A DNA stretch of 62,928 nt, filler included, from Licmophora abbreviata (taxonomy: Eukaryota), in the NCBI GenBank assembly GCA_900291995.1. It is 8 parts of 8 records of this genome, joined end to end, with 100 filler letters (N's around TTAATTAATTAA, not from the genome) between each part and the next. Parts side by side here need not be neighbours in the genome. Positions count along the whole stretch, not along the records: positions 1 to 1,965 come from OLMU01002014.1; positions 2,066 to 3,563 come from OLMU01002015.1; positions 3,664 to 10,709 come from OLMU01002016.1; positions 10,810 to 16,558 come from OLMU01002017.1; 4 more parts are not named here. The stretch is one strand, 5' to 3'. Below the pieces are notes generated by a model. It was not told where the DNA came from. It ran no database searches and saw only the letters and a list, made by a program, of their open reading frames with translations. This document shows, piece by piece, positions 1 to 11,309 of this stretch. Each line of letters begins with the position of its first letter. Positions within the stretch are counted from its first letter, which is position 1. Position numbers and translations under genes: made by a program.

Positions 1-32
1 GGCGTGTCCTTTTTGACGCGCGGGGTACCTTC

Positions 33-150
33 GTGAGTCACGAGTCATTCAATCTTGGATAAAATGAGTCGAGTCAGTCGAGTCAGTCAGTCCTCAGTCA
101 GTCAACAAGTCCGACTGAATGAATCGAATCGAATCAATCAAATCGAATGA
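33..150. repeat. Degenerate AGTC and GAATC short repeats including GTGAGTCAC, upstream of the methyltransferase
   Basis: Direct reading: gagtcagtcgagtcagtcagtc… followed by gaatcgaatcgaatc. Confidence 0.6.
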
Positions 151-174
151 ATCTTTCTCAATACATGAACGACC

Positions 175-1227
175 ATGACGGAACACCCCGCTGCAAAAAC
201 CAAATCCGCCAGTCGCTCATCTGTCGCCACCGCGACCACCATGGCCGAGGATGAACGAGAATTATCCTCCTCCACTGCTCCACTTCTCTTCTTTCAAGAT
301 GCTGTACAACTGGACCAAAATTTGAACGACCAAGAGCTTTCCTTGGCCTTTTTCGAACTGGCCAATGTAAAGCAAGTCGGATATCGACTGAGCAGCAGTA
401 GATGTAGCGATGCTGCTACTACTACTACTACAACTAATACTATAGCTGCTGAAACTAAGACAAAGGGACGAAAACAATTGCTCATTACGGTACAGCAAGA
501 TGCCTCTGCTTGCAACCAACATACAGGAGGCATCGTGTGGGAAACTTCCTATTTGTTACTCAATTACTTACTTCATCGACACCATCATCAACAACATGAT
601 GAAGAACGACAATCCAAAAGATCCCTTGGTCGCATACTAGAGGTTGGTGCTGGCTGTGGTTTGCTCGGACAGGTTTTGGGGAAAAGTAAAGCGGCCAAGC
701 GACCGGTCGTCTTGACGGAAGCTCCAGAAGCCATGAAGAACTTGGAACGAAATGTCACGTCAAACCTGGACACGTCGTCCAAGAGACCACACGCCATTGT
801 CCGACAACTCGATTGGATGCATCCGGAACGTGACTCTGCACAGTTTCCAAGCAAATTACAACAGTTTGATACCATCCTTGGGACTGATGTTGTCTTTACT
901 CCAGAACTGGTAGAGCCTCTTTTGGCAACATTGAGATACGTGTCCAAGGACAGTACGGTTGTATATCTGTGTCTGCAGGTTCGATGTGCTGATTCGCACC
1001 AACTGTTACTGGACAAGGCACCTTCCTATGGGTGGAAGTTGCAAGATATCTCTGACCAGCTTGTATCGATACCAACATGTGCATGGGGCTTACAAATGGA
1101 GTGTCGATTGTTGCAGCTATTGAGATCGCCCATTGGAAAGAATGAAGAGACGGAGAACAAGAAACGAAAGAAGAACGCTGATGATACAGCAAGCAGCAGA
1201 CGAAAAAGAAAATCGCCCAAGCGATGA
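175..1227 (+). CDS. SAM-dependent protein-lysine methyltransferase (Methyltransf_16 / METTL21-like)
   Basis: 350-aa ORF with GGIVWETS, motif I ILEVGAGCGLLG, VVLTE, LDW and motif II FDTILGTDVVF. Basic, NLS-like C-terminus. Confidence 0.88.
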   Translation: MTEHPAAKTKSASRSSVATATTMAEDERELSSSTAPLLFFQDAVQLDQNLNDQELSLAFFELANVKQVGYRLSSSRCSDAATTTTTTNTIAAETKTKGRKQLLITVQQDASACNQHTGGIVWETSYLLLNYLLHRHHHQQHDEERQSKRSLGRILEVGAGCGLLGQVLGKSKAAKRPVVLTEAPEAMKNLERNVTSNLDTSSKRPHAIVRQLDWMHPERDSAQFPSKLQQFDTILGTDVVFTPELVEPLLATLRYVSKDSTVVYLCLQVRCADSHQLLLDKAPSYGWKLQDISDQLVSIPTCAWGLQMECRLLQLLRSPIGKNEETENKKRKKNADDTASSRRKRKSPKR

Positions 1228-1368
1228 TAATGAAGTGTAACAGTGAACCTATTCAAAACTCCATTGTGCGTTGTAATTGTCAACGTGCTTCGTTTCTTTG
1301 CAATCGAGTAGCATCTTCATCCCCTTCAACACAACACATGTATTCTCCCTTCGCACCACAAACTGATT

Positions 1369-3028
1369 TTACAACTCAATGCCCTCATCGTAGTTGGAAG
1401 CATCCATTAAGGCTTGGAGTTCGTTTGTACGGCGCTTGAGTTCCTCCCTCATCGATGTCCGTTCCTTTTCCAACACCCTCAGCATGGCATCCTTCATTTT
1501 TGTGAGTTCCGCCTTGGCCTTGCTCCGCTCGGCACGAATTGTTCGTTCCATGGCTTGTTCATTGTCACGAAGCTGTGCTTTCAGGTATCGGGTCGTCGTG
1601 GACAATGTTGCCAACTCTGCCTGTGTCTCTTGTAGCTTCAGGATGACAGAAAGAGACGAGGAACACAAAGCATTGAGACTTTTTGACAGTATAGTTTCGA
1701 CATGTCTTTTAGTCACACATACCTGGCGACTGGCTGATTCATATTCACGCTCCGTGGCCTCACGCTCCTTCTCAAAGGCTTTGACATCCAGCCTGAGTTC
1801 TTCAAGCTCCCTGCGCATGGCCCGACGACCGACGCCCGTTGGACCTGAAAGTCGCTTGATCCACCGAAACAAGCCCTTGGGTGCTGTTGTAAACATTGGC
1901 AAAGGTTGCTCATCCAACTCCTCCTCAGCATACTCATCATCGTCTACTTCTTCTTCTGCAACATCNNNNNNNNNNNNNNNNNNNNNNNNNNNNNNNNNNN
2001 NNNNNNNNNTTAATTAATTAANNNNNNNNNNNNNNNNNNNNNNNNNNNNNNNNNNNNNNNNNNNNCAAAGGTTGCTCATCCAACTCCTCCTCAGCATACT
2101 CATCATCGTCTACTTCTTCTTCTGCAACATCCGTGTATGCAATTTCCCCTTCCGCATCGTCCGCATACTCCATGTCGTCAGATACTTCGTCGTCCGCAAC
2201 AGTGTTCTTGTGAACAGTGTGCTTTCGCTTCTCAACCTGTGCCAAGACTGACCCCACCGCCAGTCGGACGAAGACCGCCGCCACCAACACTTTGACAACA
2301 GGAGTACTTTCCAACACGGACTGAAACTGCGTAAGCGACGTTGCCAGAGGTGCGGTCAAGGAAGTCCCCCTCGAACGAGATTGGTTGGACGCCCGGACAA
2401 CACCCCACTTGCTTCGGTCGGGGCTCTTGTTCTTTTTGCGATCGTTCTTGGATTTCTTCTTCTTCTTTCGTTTCTTTTGCGATTCTACTTTGGGCTTGCC
2501 GACGAGAGCAAAGTCTACATTTTCCTCCAGCATCATGAATTCGTCCTCTTCCATGGCATCATTGTTCTGATGAGCCGTCGATTCCGTGGTGATGTTGGCT
2601 TCCATCACAGAGTCCATGCCAGATGAATCGTTTTCTTCTTCTTCACCGTCGTCAAATCGCTGTCGTTTCGGTCTGGCAAAGCGGGAACCCATAATCCGCG
2701 AGCGAATCGGGGTTCGAGCTACTACTGCTGATGCTGAATTCTTCATCGAATGTTCTTCATCATCATCATCAAACATTGCCAAAGGATCCTTCCACCAATC
2801 TTCCTTTGACTTGTAATCTTCTTCTTCTTCCTCATCCAGGTATGCATCCCCGCCAGCACGAAGAAGTCGGGTTGCAACGTGGAAGGGTCTGGAAGGACGA
2901 TGCAGCAACAAACACGAGCTTGTCCTTCTCGACGCGATCGTCGCGGACGCTACTGCTACTTCACCCGCCGCTTTGGTCGACAACAAAGCAACAAGGAGGA
3001 CCACACTGCGAAGCGACAGCATTGTCAT
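1369..3028 (-). CDS. Signal-peptide protein with acidic low-complexity region and C-terminal coiled coil (~497 aa after closing the false gap)
   Basis: ORFs 2018-3070 and 1369-1917 join in frame (…EEELDEQPL|PMF…) once the spacer and the duplicated 66 bp (1900-1965 = 2066-2131) are collapsed. Hydrophobic leader starts at ATG 3028. Confidence 0.75.
1966..2065. other. Artificial scaffold spacer; false gap
   Basis: 44 N + TTAATTAATTAA + 44 N. Flanks share an identical 66 bp. Confidence 0.97.
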
Positions 3029-3563
3029 TTTTTCTGAATCCTGCTTCACAACACAGTGATGTCGTGCCAACGCGAGTCAGAGTCTGTCCGATACAACCAA
3101 CAAAAGAGACCCGTCGTTTCTTGTGTTGGTACAAGCCTCGTACAAGGCCAGCAAAAAATCAAATTTCAGTTCATGTGGATCGCGCGCGTTTACCATGGGG
3201 GGCGGCATTCGACCAATCAACGCCACGCAAATCGCCGGCAGACAACGAGCCCCTTTCCCATCTCACCCAAGCGCGCAATTTGAAGTTTGCGCTCTTCCAG
3301 TTGGAGGAGAGAAGTTTTGCGCGCGCCGCATTATATATGTATTCAGACACGTATTGAGAGGGTACATAGAAATGGCGGGAAACCTTTTCCAAATAGCTAA
3401 TAAGATCGCATCTCGTTTTAGAAAATATCCGCGCACGTTCGTCACTTCAATTTGCCACTGGTCTCACAATTTGGGCCACGCACTTGGATTTCTTCGCTTT
3501 GGAGACACACACAGCCCCCACTGCGCTCACAATTCTTCTTGCTGGTGCTCGTCTCACAGCAGG

Positions 3564-3663
3564 NNNNNNNNNNNNNNNNNNNNNNNNNNNNNNNNNNNNN
3601 NNNNNNNTTAATTAATTAANNNNNNNNNNNNNNNNNNNNNNNNNNNNNNNNNNNNNNNNNNNN
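3564..3663. other. Artificial scaffold spacer
   Basis: 44 N + TTAATTAATTAA + 44 N. Confidence 0.97.
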
Positions 3664-3698
3664 ATTCTATATCTACTTGCACAGCTACAGTTATAACG

Positions 3699-5406
3699 AT
3701 GAATCAAGTGTCTAGCATATTAAAATTGGCACTCCTGCATCTGCTGTGCCAGCCGGCATCAGCCTTTCATCAATCGCCCTTCTTGACGACGACGCATCAT
3801 GCCAAGATGTCCGTCATCACTGATAGACGATCGAGAACAGCCCCTCTATCGGCAGTATCGGTTCAACCTGAAAGTTCGACTCTTTCCTCTCTCAAAACTG
3901 GCGCAGGAAACAACAAGAAAGACGACGAAAACATGGGAGTCATGCCCGATTTGACGGGCATTGTCTTTTCGGTGCGTGTCGTCCAAAGAAAGCCCTGTTC
4001 AGCGCTGTCTTTCTTTCTGCTGTACTGCATTGATCTCACCACTCTTGTCAATTCATGTCTACTCCCTATCATTGTATATATATGTAGGGCCTCAAGGGCC
4101 AGGCACTCTCGTGGCGCGACGAGGACTTTCCGCAGTCTCGCGAACTTCGCGCCGTCATTCCAGAAGACTGCTTTGAACCCAACACGTGGACGTCACTCTC
4201 CTATTTGTCCATGTCCTTGGTGTCCACCGCAGCATGCGTAGCGCTGGGTGTGTCGTGCTTGGACAGTCTGCCTCCCGATCAGATTTGGACGTTGCCGTTT
4301 TGGAGTATATATTCGGCAGTCACAGGAACAGTTGCCATGGGACTGTGGGTATTGGCCCATGAGTGTGGTCACGGCGCCTTTTCGAAAAACAAGGCTTTGC
4401 AAGATGCCGTAGGATACACGCTTCATTCGTCCATGCTCGTGCCGTACTTTTCGTGGCAGCGATCGCATGCAGTGCATCATCGATACACCAACAATATGGA
4501 ATTGGGAGAAACGCATGTTCCTGAAACCAAAGTGGAGGGAGAGGAAGGATCGTTCGAACGTCGTGAGGCGTTCCTGAAACTGTTTGGTAAAGAGAATGGG
4601 ATCAAAGTGTGGGGAGCCTATCAGGGCTTCCTCCATCTCGTCGTGGGATGGCCAGCCTACCTATTGATTGGTGCCACAGGAGGACAGGCTCGTGGCGTGA
4701 CGAATCATTTCTACCCCAACCCACTCAGTACGCCGGACCAACCCAAGAAGGAGCTATTTCCTGGAAATTGGAAAGAAAAGGTGTACCAGAGCGATATTGG
4801 AATCGCAGCTGTCGTTGCCGGACTCCTAACATGGGGAGCAATCAACGGGCTGGCACAAGTCGCTGCTATCTACGGTGGACCGCTACTAGTTATCAATGCA
4901 TGGTTGGTCCTTTACACCTGGTATGTATGGTGATGGGAATGCACTTTCGAGTGTGTGATAAAATCACATGTCATTCTCTCTCGTTTTGTACTGAATCTCT
5001 TACGTTTGCTTTTCTCCATTCACATTCTACTATATTTCTTCAAAATAGGCTTCAACACACCGACACGGACGTTCCTCACTTTGCAGATGCAAATCACAAC
5101 TTTGTAAAGGGAGCCTTGCACACGATCGACCGCCCCTACGACAAGCTTGATCCGTTCGGGTTGATTGACTTCTTGCATCACAAGATTGGCACGACACACG
5201 TGGCACATCATTTCGACTCGACCATTCCGCACTACAAGGCCGATGTAGCGACGGAAGCCATCAAAGAGAATTTTCCTGACATGTACTTGCATGATCCGAC
5301 CCCGATTCCTCAAGCTTTCTGGAGAGTGTCTCGAGGGTGTACAGCGGCTGGAAAGAGGGGAGAGCGGTGGATTTGGAACAATGAAGGGCTGGAAGATCTT
5401 CTCTAG
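3699..5406 (+). CDS. Membrane fatty acid desaturase (delta-12/omega-6 or omega-3, FAD2-like) with plastid presequence; 3 exons, ~487 aa
   Basis: Exons 3699-3971, 4088-4920, 5049-5406 (GT-AG, frame-consistent). His boxes HECGH, HAVHH, HVAHH, plus IPEDCF and WLQHTD. Signal peptide followed by ASAF. Confidence 0.92.
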
Positions 5407-5464
5407 CAAAAGTAAAATTCATAGACCTTTCGAATCTTCTCAAAGTTTCCCTTCACCGGTATCT

Positions 5465-6130
5465 CTACCTCGGAGCATGGTCTACCGTTCTGTTTCTGTT
5501 TTGTTCACTCTTACTATCTTGTTCAAGTCGTTTCTGTCGATTCTCGAGCGCGAGTCGAATCTCCCGAGGTATCGACATGGCCAGCCCCAATATCCCGATC
5601 GCGCTTAGACTCCACCACCAGAAGGATCGAACCGTCGATCTCTTGGTTTCACCGATGCCCGACGCCACTCTCTCCATCGACTCGTTCACTACGGCCTTCC
5701 CTGCATCCACACCACTAGTGGCTACATCCGCAATGGACTGCCTGGCCGAGGACACGGTATCCACAGTCGTCTGCTTGGCCGATTCGACGTGTCGATGGGC
5801 ATACTCTTTGGTCGCCGACAGGCTGCGCTGCACCCGTCGCTTTGCCGATTCTTGTAGTCCAAGGACAAACGACGCCGCAGCCTCTTGTGCTCGCTGGGAA
5901 GCACTATGAGCTGCCTGTCGGCCACGGTCCTGTACGGCTCTGGAAGTTCTCTTGGTCCACTCTCTCGCACGCTCCCAAACTTCGTGCGTGTTGAGGTGTC
6001 GACGACACTGCGTATTTCTATAATGATGACAATGCAACATGGAGGACTTGGAGGGACTCTGGCGGGAAAACTGTGCCACCACGGGCGGGGATCGACGGCC
6101 TATCATCCTCTTACATGTCGTCGTCGTCAT
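5465..6130 (-). CDS. Hypothetical protein with basic mitochondrial-like N-terminus, helical middle and one C-terminal TM helix
   Basis: ORF from ATG 6130. R/S-rich leader (…CRRHLNT). TM segment FWWWSLSAIGILGLAMSIP. Confidence 0.6.
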   Translation of the reverse strand: MTTTTCKRMIGRRSPPVVAQFSRQSPSKSSMLHCHHYRNTQCRRHLNTHEVWERAREWTKRTSRAVQDRGRQAAHSASQRAQEAAASFVLGLQESAKRRVQRSLSATKEYAHRHVESAKQTTVDTVSSARQSIADVATSGVDAGKAVVNESMERVASGIGETKRSTVRSFWWWSLSAIGILGLAMSIPREIRLALENRQKRLEQDSKSEQNRNRTVDHAPR

Positions 6131-6454
6131 GGTTGCGATGATGATGAGACTGTGGGCGAACTTCTTGCTACTCTCGTGACTCAACTTATCTCGTGACTGA
6201 CTCGTTGCAACGCCGGATGCGACGAGCGCTCGACGCCTTTTTGTCTAATCTCGATCACCACAGGTACCCTACCTGGGAACCAAGAAAGGGACCATGAGCA
6301 TGATTTTTTGGACTTCACAAGAAGACTCCCGCGGGATGGAAACTAGGAAGAGGGGCTACGAGTACACGAGGAGAGAGGACGTGCATATCCCAATATGTAT
6401 CATTACTATCATACTCCTACTGATGCAGCACTCCAGTGTTTCTCCTTGCTTTTT

Positions 6455-7735
6455 TTAAAACACTGTAATTAGCACAAAGGCCGAATAGAGGAGTGCAATG
6501 GGGTAGGCAATCAGATAGCGCTGAGACCGCATACCGCATCCCTGTTCCATCAATCGCGTCGATGCCACGGTACACCAGGCAATCGTCAACAATCCCAAGA
6601 TGCGATTCAACGTTTCCAGCTTGCCGAGACTCAAAAAGAGTTTGAGAAAGGCCAGGAGGTTGACGGGCAAGAGGGCGTAGCCCAGTATGCTCGTGACGGT
6701 CCAGAAGGAAATGGCAGTCTCGTTGGGGTCCGCGTTGGGCTGTTTCATGAGAGTCAATACCAAGGTCATACTGAGACAACCAAACATGCCAAAGCCATAA
6801 ATGTATCCAAACTGCAGTTTGCCCATGAGTAACATTTCGCCGCCCAACAGTAATGCAAAGACCAATGGACCGATCATGTCGGCCGTCTGCATGAGTTCCT
6901 GAACAGCCTCCCCATCACTACTACCATGAATGAGGTTCGGTTCCACATGTCCAAGACGACGAAAGGGTAAAACGACAGCACGCGTCTTGATGAAAATGTG
7001 ATCCACATGAACGCCAAGTTCTTCTAAAAGAGGCAATTCATTGTCATAGTCTTCTACCTTTGTCGTGTTGTTGTTGTTGTTGAGATCGGATGGCGCACGA
7101 GGAATAAAGGTGGACGGAGCCGAGGAGGATGACAGTGATGGAGCAGATGACGACGACGACGACGACATGGGACCCGACAGCATGCCATCCATGGATCCAA
7201 TCATTTGTCCCGAGGTGGGAGCAGCAGGAGTCATGGGTGTGGGAATAGTGGTGGACTGTCCGTGTGAGGATGAGGGCATCCTGTAAGACGCAGAAGTCAT
7301 GGCTGGCTGCTGCTGTGCTTGAGTCGTAGTTGAAGAAGAGGGCCCAGTGTACCAGCCGTCGGTGGTACCGGTAGAGCCGGGGGCATAGTACGGAGTGTGA
7401 CTCGAACCTGCATTGGTCGGAGCCGAAGAAGAGGCAGCAAAGGTCGCAGGTGCTCCAGTACCATAGTAGGAGGTAGGAGGAGCCGCAGTAGTCGGCCGTG
7501 TTGGTGCAGCAGCAGGAGGAGCCGCAGCATAGGCACTCGATTTTGACGACGCCCCATAGTACGAGGACGTAGCACTGCTACTCGTCGTCGGTCTTGTGCC
7601 GGCTCTCGGAGCAGGAGGACGAGCACGGCGAGCTGCTGTCCCGGTCGTCATGGCTGGGGGAGGAGGAGGCTGTCGGGTGCTGTTGGCCGGCGGCGCATTG
7701 AAAAAGTCGTTGGAGGATGAATTTTGGCCCTGCAT
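6455..7735 (-). CDS. YIP1: Yip1-domain Golgi/ER membrane protein (YIPF5/Yip1-like)
   Basis: DYDNELPLLEELG, ADMIGPLVF, KLQFGYIYG, SILGYALLP and LIAYPIALLY motifs. Long P/S/T-rich N-terminus. Confidence 0.9.
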   Translation of the reverse strand: MQGQNSSSNDFFNAPPANSTRQPPPPPAMTTGTAARRARPPAPRAGTRPTTSSSATSSYYGASSKSSAYAAAPPAAAPTRPTTAAPPTSYYGTGAPATFAASSSAPTNAGSSHTPYYAPGSTGTTDGWYTGPSSSTTTQAQQQPAMTSASYRMPSSSHGQSTTIPTPMTPAAPTSGQMIGSMDGMLSGPMSSSSSSSAPSLSSSSAPSTFIPRAPSDLNNNNNTTKVEDYDNELPLLEELGVHVDHIFIKTRAVVLPFRRLGHVEPNLIHGSSDGEAVQELMQTADMIGPLVFALLLGGEMLLMGKLQFGYIYGFGMFGCLSMTLVLTLMKQPNADPNETAISFWTVTSILGYALLPVNLLAFLKLFLSLGKLETLNRILGLLTIAWCTVASTRLMEQGCGMRSQRYLIAYPIALLYSAFVLITVF

Positions 7736-8337
7736 TTTATTTCTCTTTTATCAATCCACGAACGTACTTCTCTGTCGTATCCACAACACCGTGGCGAAGA
7801 GGAATAGGAACGAAAGGGCAGAGAGAGAGAGAGACGGGTCCTCTTTCGACTGAATCACACACCACTGCGGTCATTTTTACATTTTTAGTATTCCGGTGAA
7901 CTTTGAAACCCCCTACGCCGTACAGACTGCATTGATGCGGTTGGCGCGCTCTCGCGCCTGCCCTCATCGCGCGTGTCTATGTTCCAGAAATGATCGCTCA
8001 AAAAGAACACACACACAAAAAACAAAATTGAGTGTTGCTGTTTCATAGTTCAGTCACAATCACCACGGTCACTGTCCCAGAGATCGGCTCTTTTGTGGTC
8101 CACATGTGATAGGACGGACACAGATACCACAGTGACAGCTCAGCAGAAACACTAGGAGTGAAACCTTGGAACAGTACGTCCAAAACACCACCAGATTCCC
8201 CATCTGTATCTTCTAAATTTGAAAATGCCAGTGTCAAACACACAAGACGGACTTCTCTCCGTTCCAAAGTATCCTTCCTTCACACTCACGCCTTGTCATC
8301 TCCTCCTATCCTGCTCTGTGTTCCTCTAGAAATAATA

Positions 8338-9813
8338 ATGTCTTCTTTTCGAAAGCTCAACAAACAGCTGCTGGACGCCATGGACTGTCCGTGCTCGGCC
8401 CTCTCCATCAACTGCTGTCAGCTCGGTTGCTTCATTCACGACGAACCATTGGTGGACTACAGTGCATCCAACGAAGACTGGATGCAACAGGTCATGCAGG
8501 CCAATCCCAACGTCACGCTCCGCTCCTTGGTCATCCCAGCCTCTCACGATTCCGCCACCTCTACCATTGCCAAGAAGCAACTCTTCAGTGCCGTGGGCAA
8601 GTGTCAGAATGCGACTGTTGCCAATCAGCTCGAACGAGGATGTCGCTATTTGGATCTACGTGTGGCTGGATCTGGTGATGCCCACTCTATCTCTATTTGC
8701 CATGGCTTCTTGCAGGGAGGTAGCTTTCAGTCAGTCCTGAAGGAAATTCATTCGTTTTTGCAGTCGCACAAGAAGGAGTTTGTTGTCTTGGAACTTGTGA
8801 AAGAGCATGGACGTCCCATGACCCCGGAACAGGCCAAGCATGCACTGGATCTTGTCCAAACTACCTTTGATGGTATGCTCTACCGAGAGAAGGGCCTCTT
8901 TGCACTCCTGTCGGACAAGCCTTTGAAGGAACACGTGGACGCCGGCGTACAAGTTGCCGTATTGGTCCACCCCCGCATTTACAATGGCTTCACTGTCCAG
9001 GGACAAGACTACGACGAAAAATACATTGTCGACACCTATCGCTACTATCATTCCGGTCGTTGGATGCGGTCGCAATGGCACAACACGCGAGACACTGCGC
9101 AGCTCTTGGAATGGAACTTGGATCAAGTGCACAAATGGGGTGACAACGAAGGTGTGCTCCTCAACAATCAGTTCGTCTTGACGCCCGGTGTCGGCGGCAT
9201 GGGGGATGTCTTGCAACTGCTCGTGGGCAAGATTAGCTTGCGTCCCGTCTCCCTTGCCACCTCCTTGTATCAACAGGATGTGTTGGATGAGTTTATGAGA
9301 GAGCATGCGGACGAGCCGTGGAACATGGTCATGCTCGATTTTGTCGATCTGGCTCCGGCCTTGCTCAGTTTCTTGATTGGACTCAACTTTCCTCTCAGAG
9401 TCAAGGTGCTGGCGGCCGCCGTCAGTCCTGGTGGTGGTAGCGGCAGCAGCAGTAGTAGTAGTACGGATGTCACAACCAAAGTGCAGTCGTTCGTCAAGCG
9501 TGGGAAAGTCTTGTACTTGACCAACGTTCGAAAGGATCTTGGCTTGGACTACGACGAAGGATCCTTGACACTTGCATATCAGCTCGGTACGGATGGCGAT
9601 CGTCAGATTCTCCATTTGGACTTTGATCCCTCTACGGAAATCGTAGTCTCTCAATACAGTCACAACGAAGGAGTATTTGTCCACGTGGACCCCAAGGCGG
9701 AAGGCGTCTTTCATCGGGGACGCATCCTGCGTAGGGATGAATACGAAAGTATCGCTACAAAGGAAGGTACTGCGGTGGCGATTCGGTCGGGGGCCTTTTC
9801 CATTGTGAATTAG
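8338..9813 (+). CDS. PI-PLC X domain-containing protein (bacterial-type PI-PLC / PLCXD family)
   Basis: IPASHDS, CQN…QLERGCRYLDLRV, ICHG, FLQSHKKEFVVL and NMVMLDFV motifs. ATG at 8338. Confidence 0.88.
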   Translation: MSSFRKLNKQLLDAMDCPCSALSINCCQLGCFIHDEPLVDYSASNEDWMQQVMQANPNVTLRSLVIPASHDSATSTIAKKQLFSAVGKCQNATVANQLERGCRYLDLRVAGSGDAHSISICHGFLQGGSFQSVLKEIHSFLQSHKKEFVVLELVKEHGRPMTPEQAKHALDLVQTTFDGMLYREKGLFALLSDKPLKEHVDAGVQVAVLVHPRIYNGFTVQGQDYDEKYIVDTYRYYHSGRWMRSQWHNTRDTAQLLEWNLDQVHKWGDNEGVLLNNQFVLTPGVGGMGDVLQLLVGKISLRPVSLATSLYQQDVLDEFMREHADEPWNMVMLDFVDLAPALLSFLIGLNFPLRVKVLAAAVSPGGGSGSSSSSSTDVTTKVQSFVKRGKVLYLTNVRKDLGLDYDEGSLTLAYQLGTDGDRQILHLDFDPSTEIVVSQYSHNEGVFVHVDPKAEGVFHRGRILRRDEYESIATKEGTAVAIRSGAFSIVN

Positions 9814-10152
9814 GTGTAGTAAGTTATGCTAATTGTACTTACACATCTAGTAGGAGTTATTTATGCCGAGAGAGTCAATTTGAAGTAGTGTTGGTAGTTT
9901 GCGTTCCGCAGGTTTGTCCAAAGCAGCACGCAGCAGAGTTCCAGTCGGAGATGGACTGTGCTCGCAGTCGCTGCGAACAGGGAGAGCGACAATGATCACA
10001 GTTTAAACCCCACGACATGCGTATAGACGAAACTTCCTCTTAGATGAATGGATGCAGCCAAACACACCGCCTCCTCTTTGGACTTCAAACACATCTTAAT
10101 AATGTACACTCAGAAAACCTTGTGTCCATAAGACTACCGTACAGCAGTATTC

Positions 10153-10638
10153 TCATCCATGTCCCAAGTTCTGGTAGAGTGAACATCGTATCCAGTGCGC
10201 CAGTAGCGTCACGACACTCCATAATATTCCCAAGAGGCCGAGGGTCGTGACCCAGCTGACTTGCTTCAGAAACCAAAGAGACGTGCACCCCATAACAATT
10301 ATGGGCAAGAGGGCCTCCAAGCAGAATAGACTTAGCAATGCAGTCGCCAACAACCACTCTTGCTGTTGCGTGGGATAGGCTGCGACCATTAGAATCAGAA
10401 GCATGCCGGACACCATGATGAGGACACCCAACCACCAGGCTGTTGTGTTTAGGAGTGGAAAGGAGGATGGCGAGGATGCTGATGTCAGTGCTACTGTTGT
10501 GGGCCATGCCAATGATGGAGGGAAGGTTCCGTCGTTGTCTTTTTCTGCTTGTAAAAGTAACGCTTGCTGATGCAGAATGTGGTGTTCCAGGCAGAGATCG
10601 ACGTGATGCAAGAGTACGAGCACAGTGGAAGTTCGCAA
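10153..10638 (-). CDS. Possible 3' end of a small multi-pass membrane protein whose 5' part is lost in the gap
   Basis: Open frame with about 3 hydrophobic segments. No recognisable motif and no clear start. Confidence 0.3.
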   Translation of the reverse strand: MRTSTVLVLLHHVDLCLEHHILHQQALLLQAEKDNDGTFPPSLAWPTTVALTSASSPSSFPLLNTTAWWLGVLIMVSGMLLILMVAAYPTQQQEWLLATALLSLFCLEALLPIIVMGCTSLWFLKQVSWVTTLGLLGILWSVVTLLAHWIRCSLYQNLGHG

Positions 10639-10709
10639 CAGTCCAATACCGGCAAACGGGGGTTCCGAGAGTATACTCCACCATATACTCCAGCATATAC
10701 AAGCTCGAG

Positions 10710-10809
10710 NNNNNNNNNNNNNNNNNNNNNNNNNNNNNNNNNNNNNNNNNNNNTTAATTAATTAANNNNNNNNNNNNNNNNNNNNNNNNNNNNNNNNNNN
10801 NNNNNNNNN
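10710..10809. other. Artificial scaffold spacer
   Basis: 44 N + TTAATTAATTAA + 44 N. Confidence 0.97.
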
Positions 10810-11309
10810 AGACAAGGAAATGGTCGTCGGCGGGCGTCGCGAGGATGACGTGCGGGGAGGAATCTCGCTATTCATCATGATTCTGTTTCGTTTTCTTTAT
10901 AAGAAAGCTCTAAATTCAACAAAACTTCAAAGGCAGCTGCAGGATAGTGATTCTAGAGACATATCTCTACAAGACAGCGAGAAACAAGGACAGAGGTATG
11001 AAACAGCCGTCTGTTCTGTTCCGCCATGGTCCTCTTTTAGTTTGCGCCCCTCTTCGCTGAAATACTACGCAGAAACCCGGAACTTTTCGGAAGGTTGTGT
11101 CAGAGTTCGGCAGTTGTGGTTGGAGTTCGCAGAATACGTCATGTCCCAGCACCAACAAATTGGACGGTGCATATTCAAAGTAATCAATCACTTTCTTTTT
11201 CCGACCATGGCAGGCAAGAGACGGGGCAGACTGGATTTGTTGAGAAGGAGCCTGTTTTTCCACTGAATATTCGCAGATTGCGCATTCATTACTGAGAGAA
11301 ACCGACAAG

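Noticed and set aside
2010..2021. TTAATTAATTAA, found seven times, as a biological repeat or piggyBac TTAA site
   Set aside because: It is always centred in exactly 44+44 N and gives stops in all six frames, so it is an assembly linker.
8731..9714. 327-aa antisense ORF, and similar long shadow ORFs (1394-2017, 30686-31414, 36149-36817, 44255-45118, 55290-56018, 61749-62432)
   Set aside because: They lie opposite well-supported genes, have no motifs, and are expected from codon bias.
10672..10700. Short 12-bp tandem repeat (TATACTCCA-C/G-CA) next to a gap
   Set aside because: Only about 2.5 copies and no spacers, so not a CRISPR array or a demonstrable element end.
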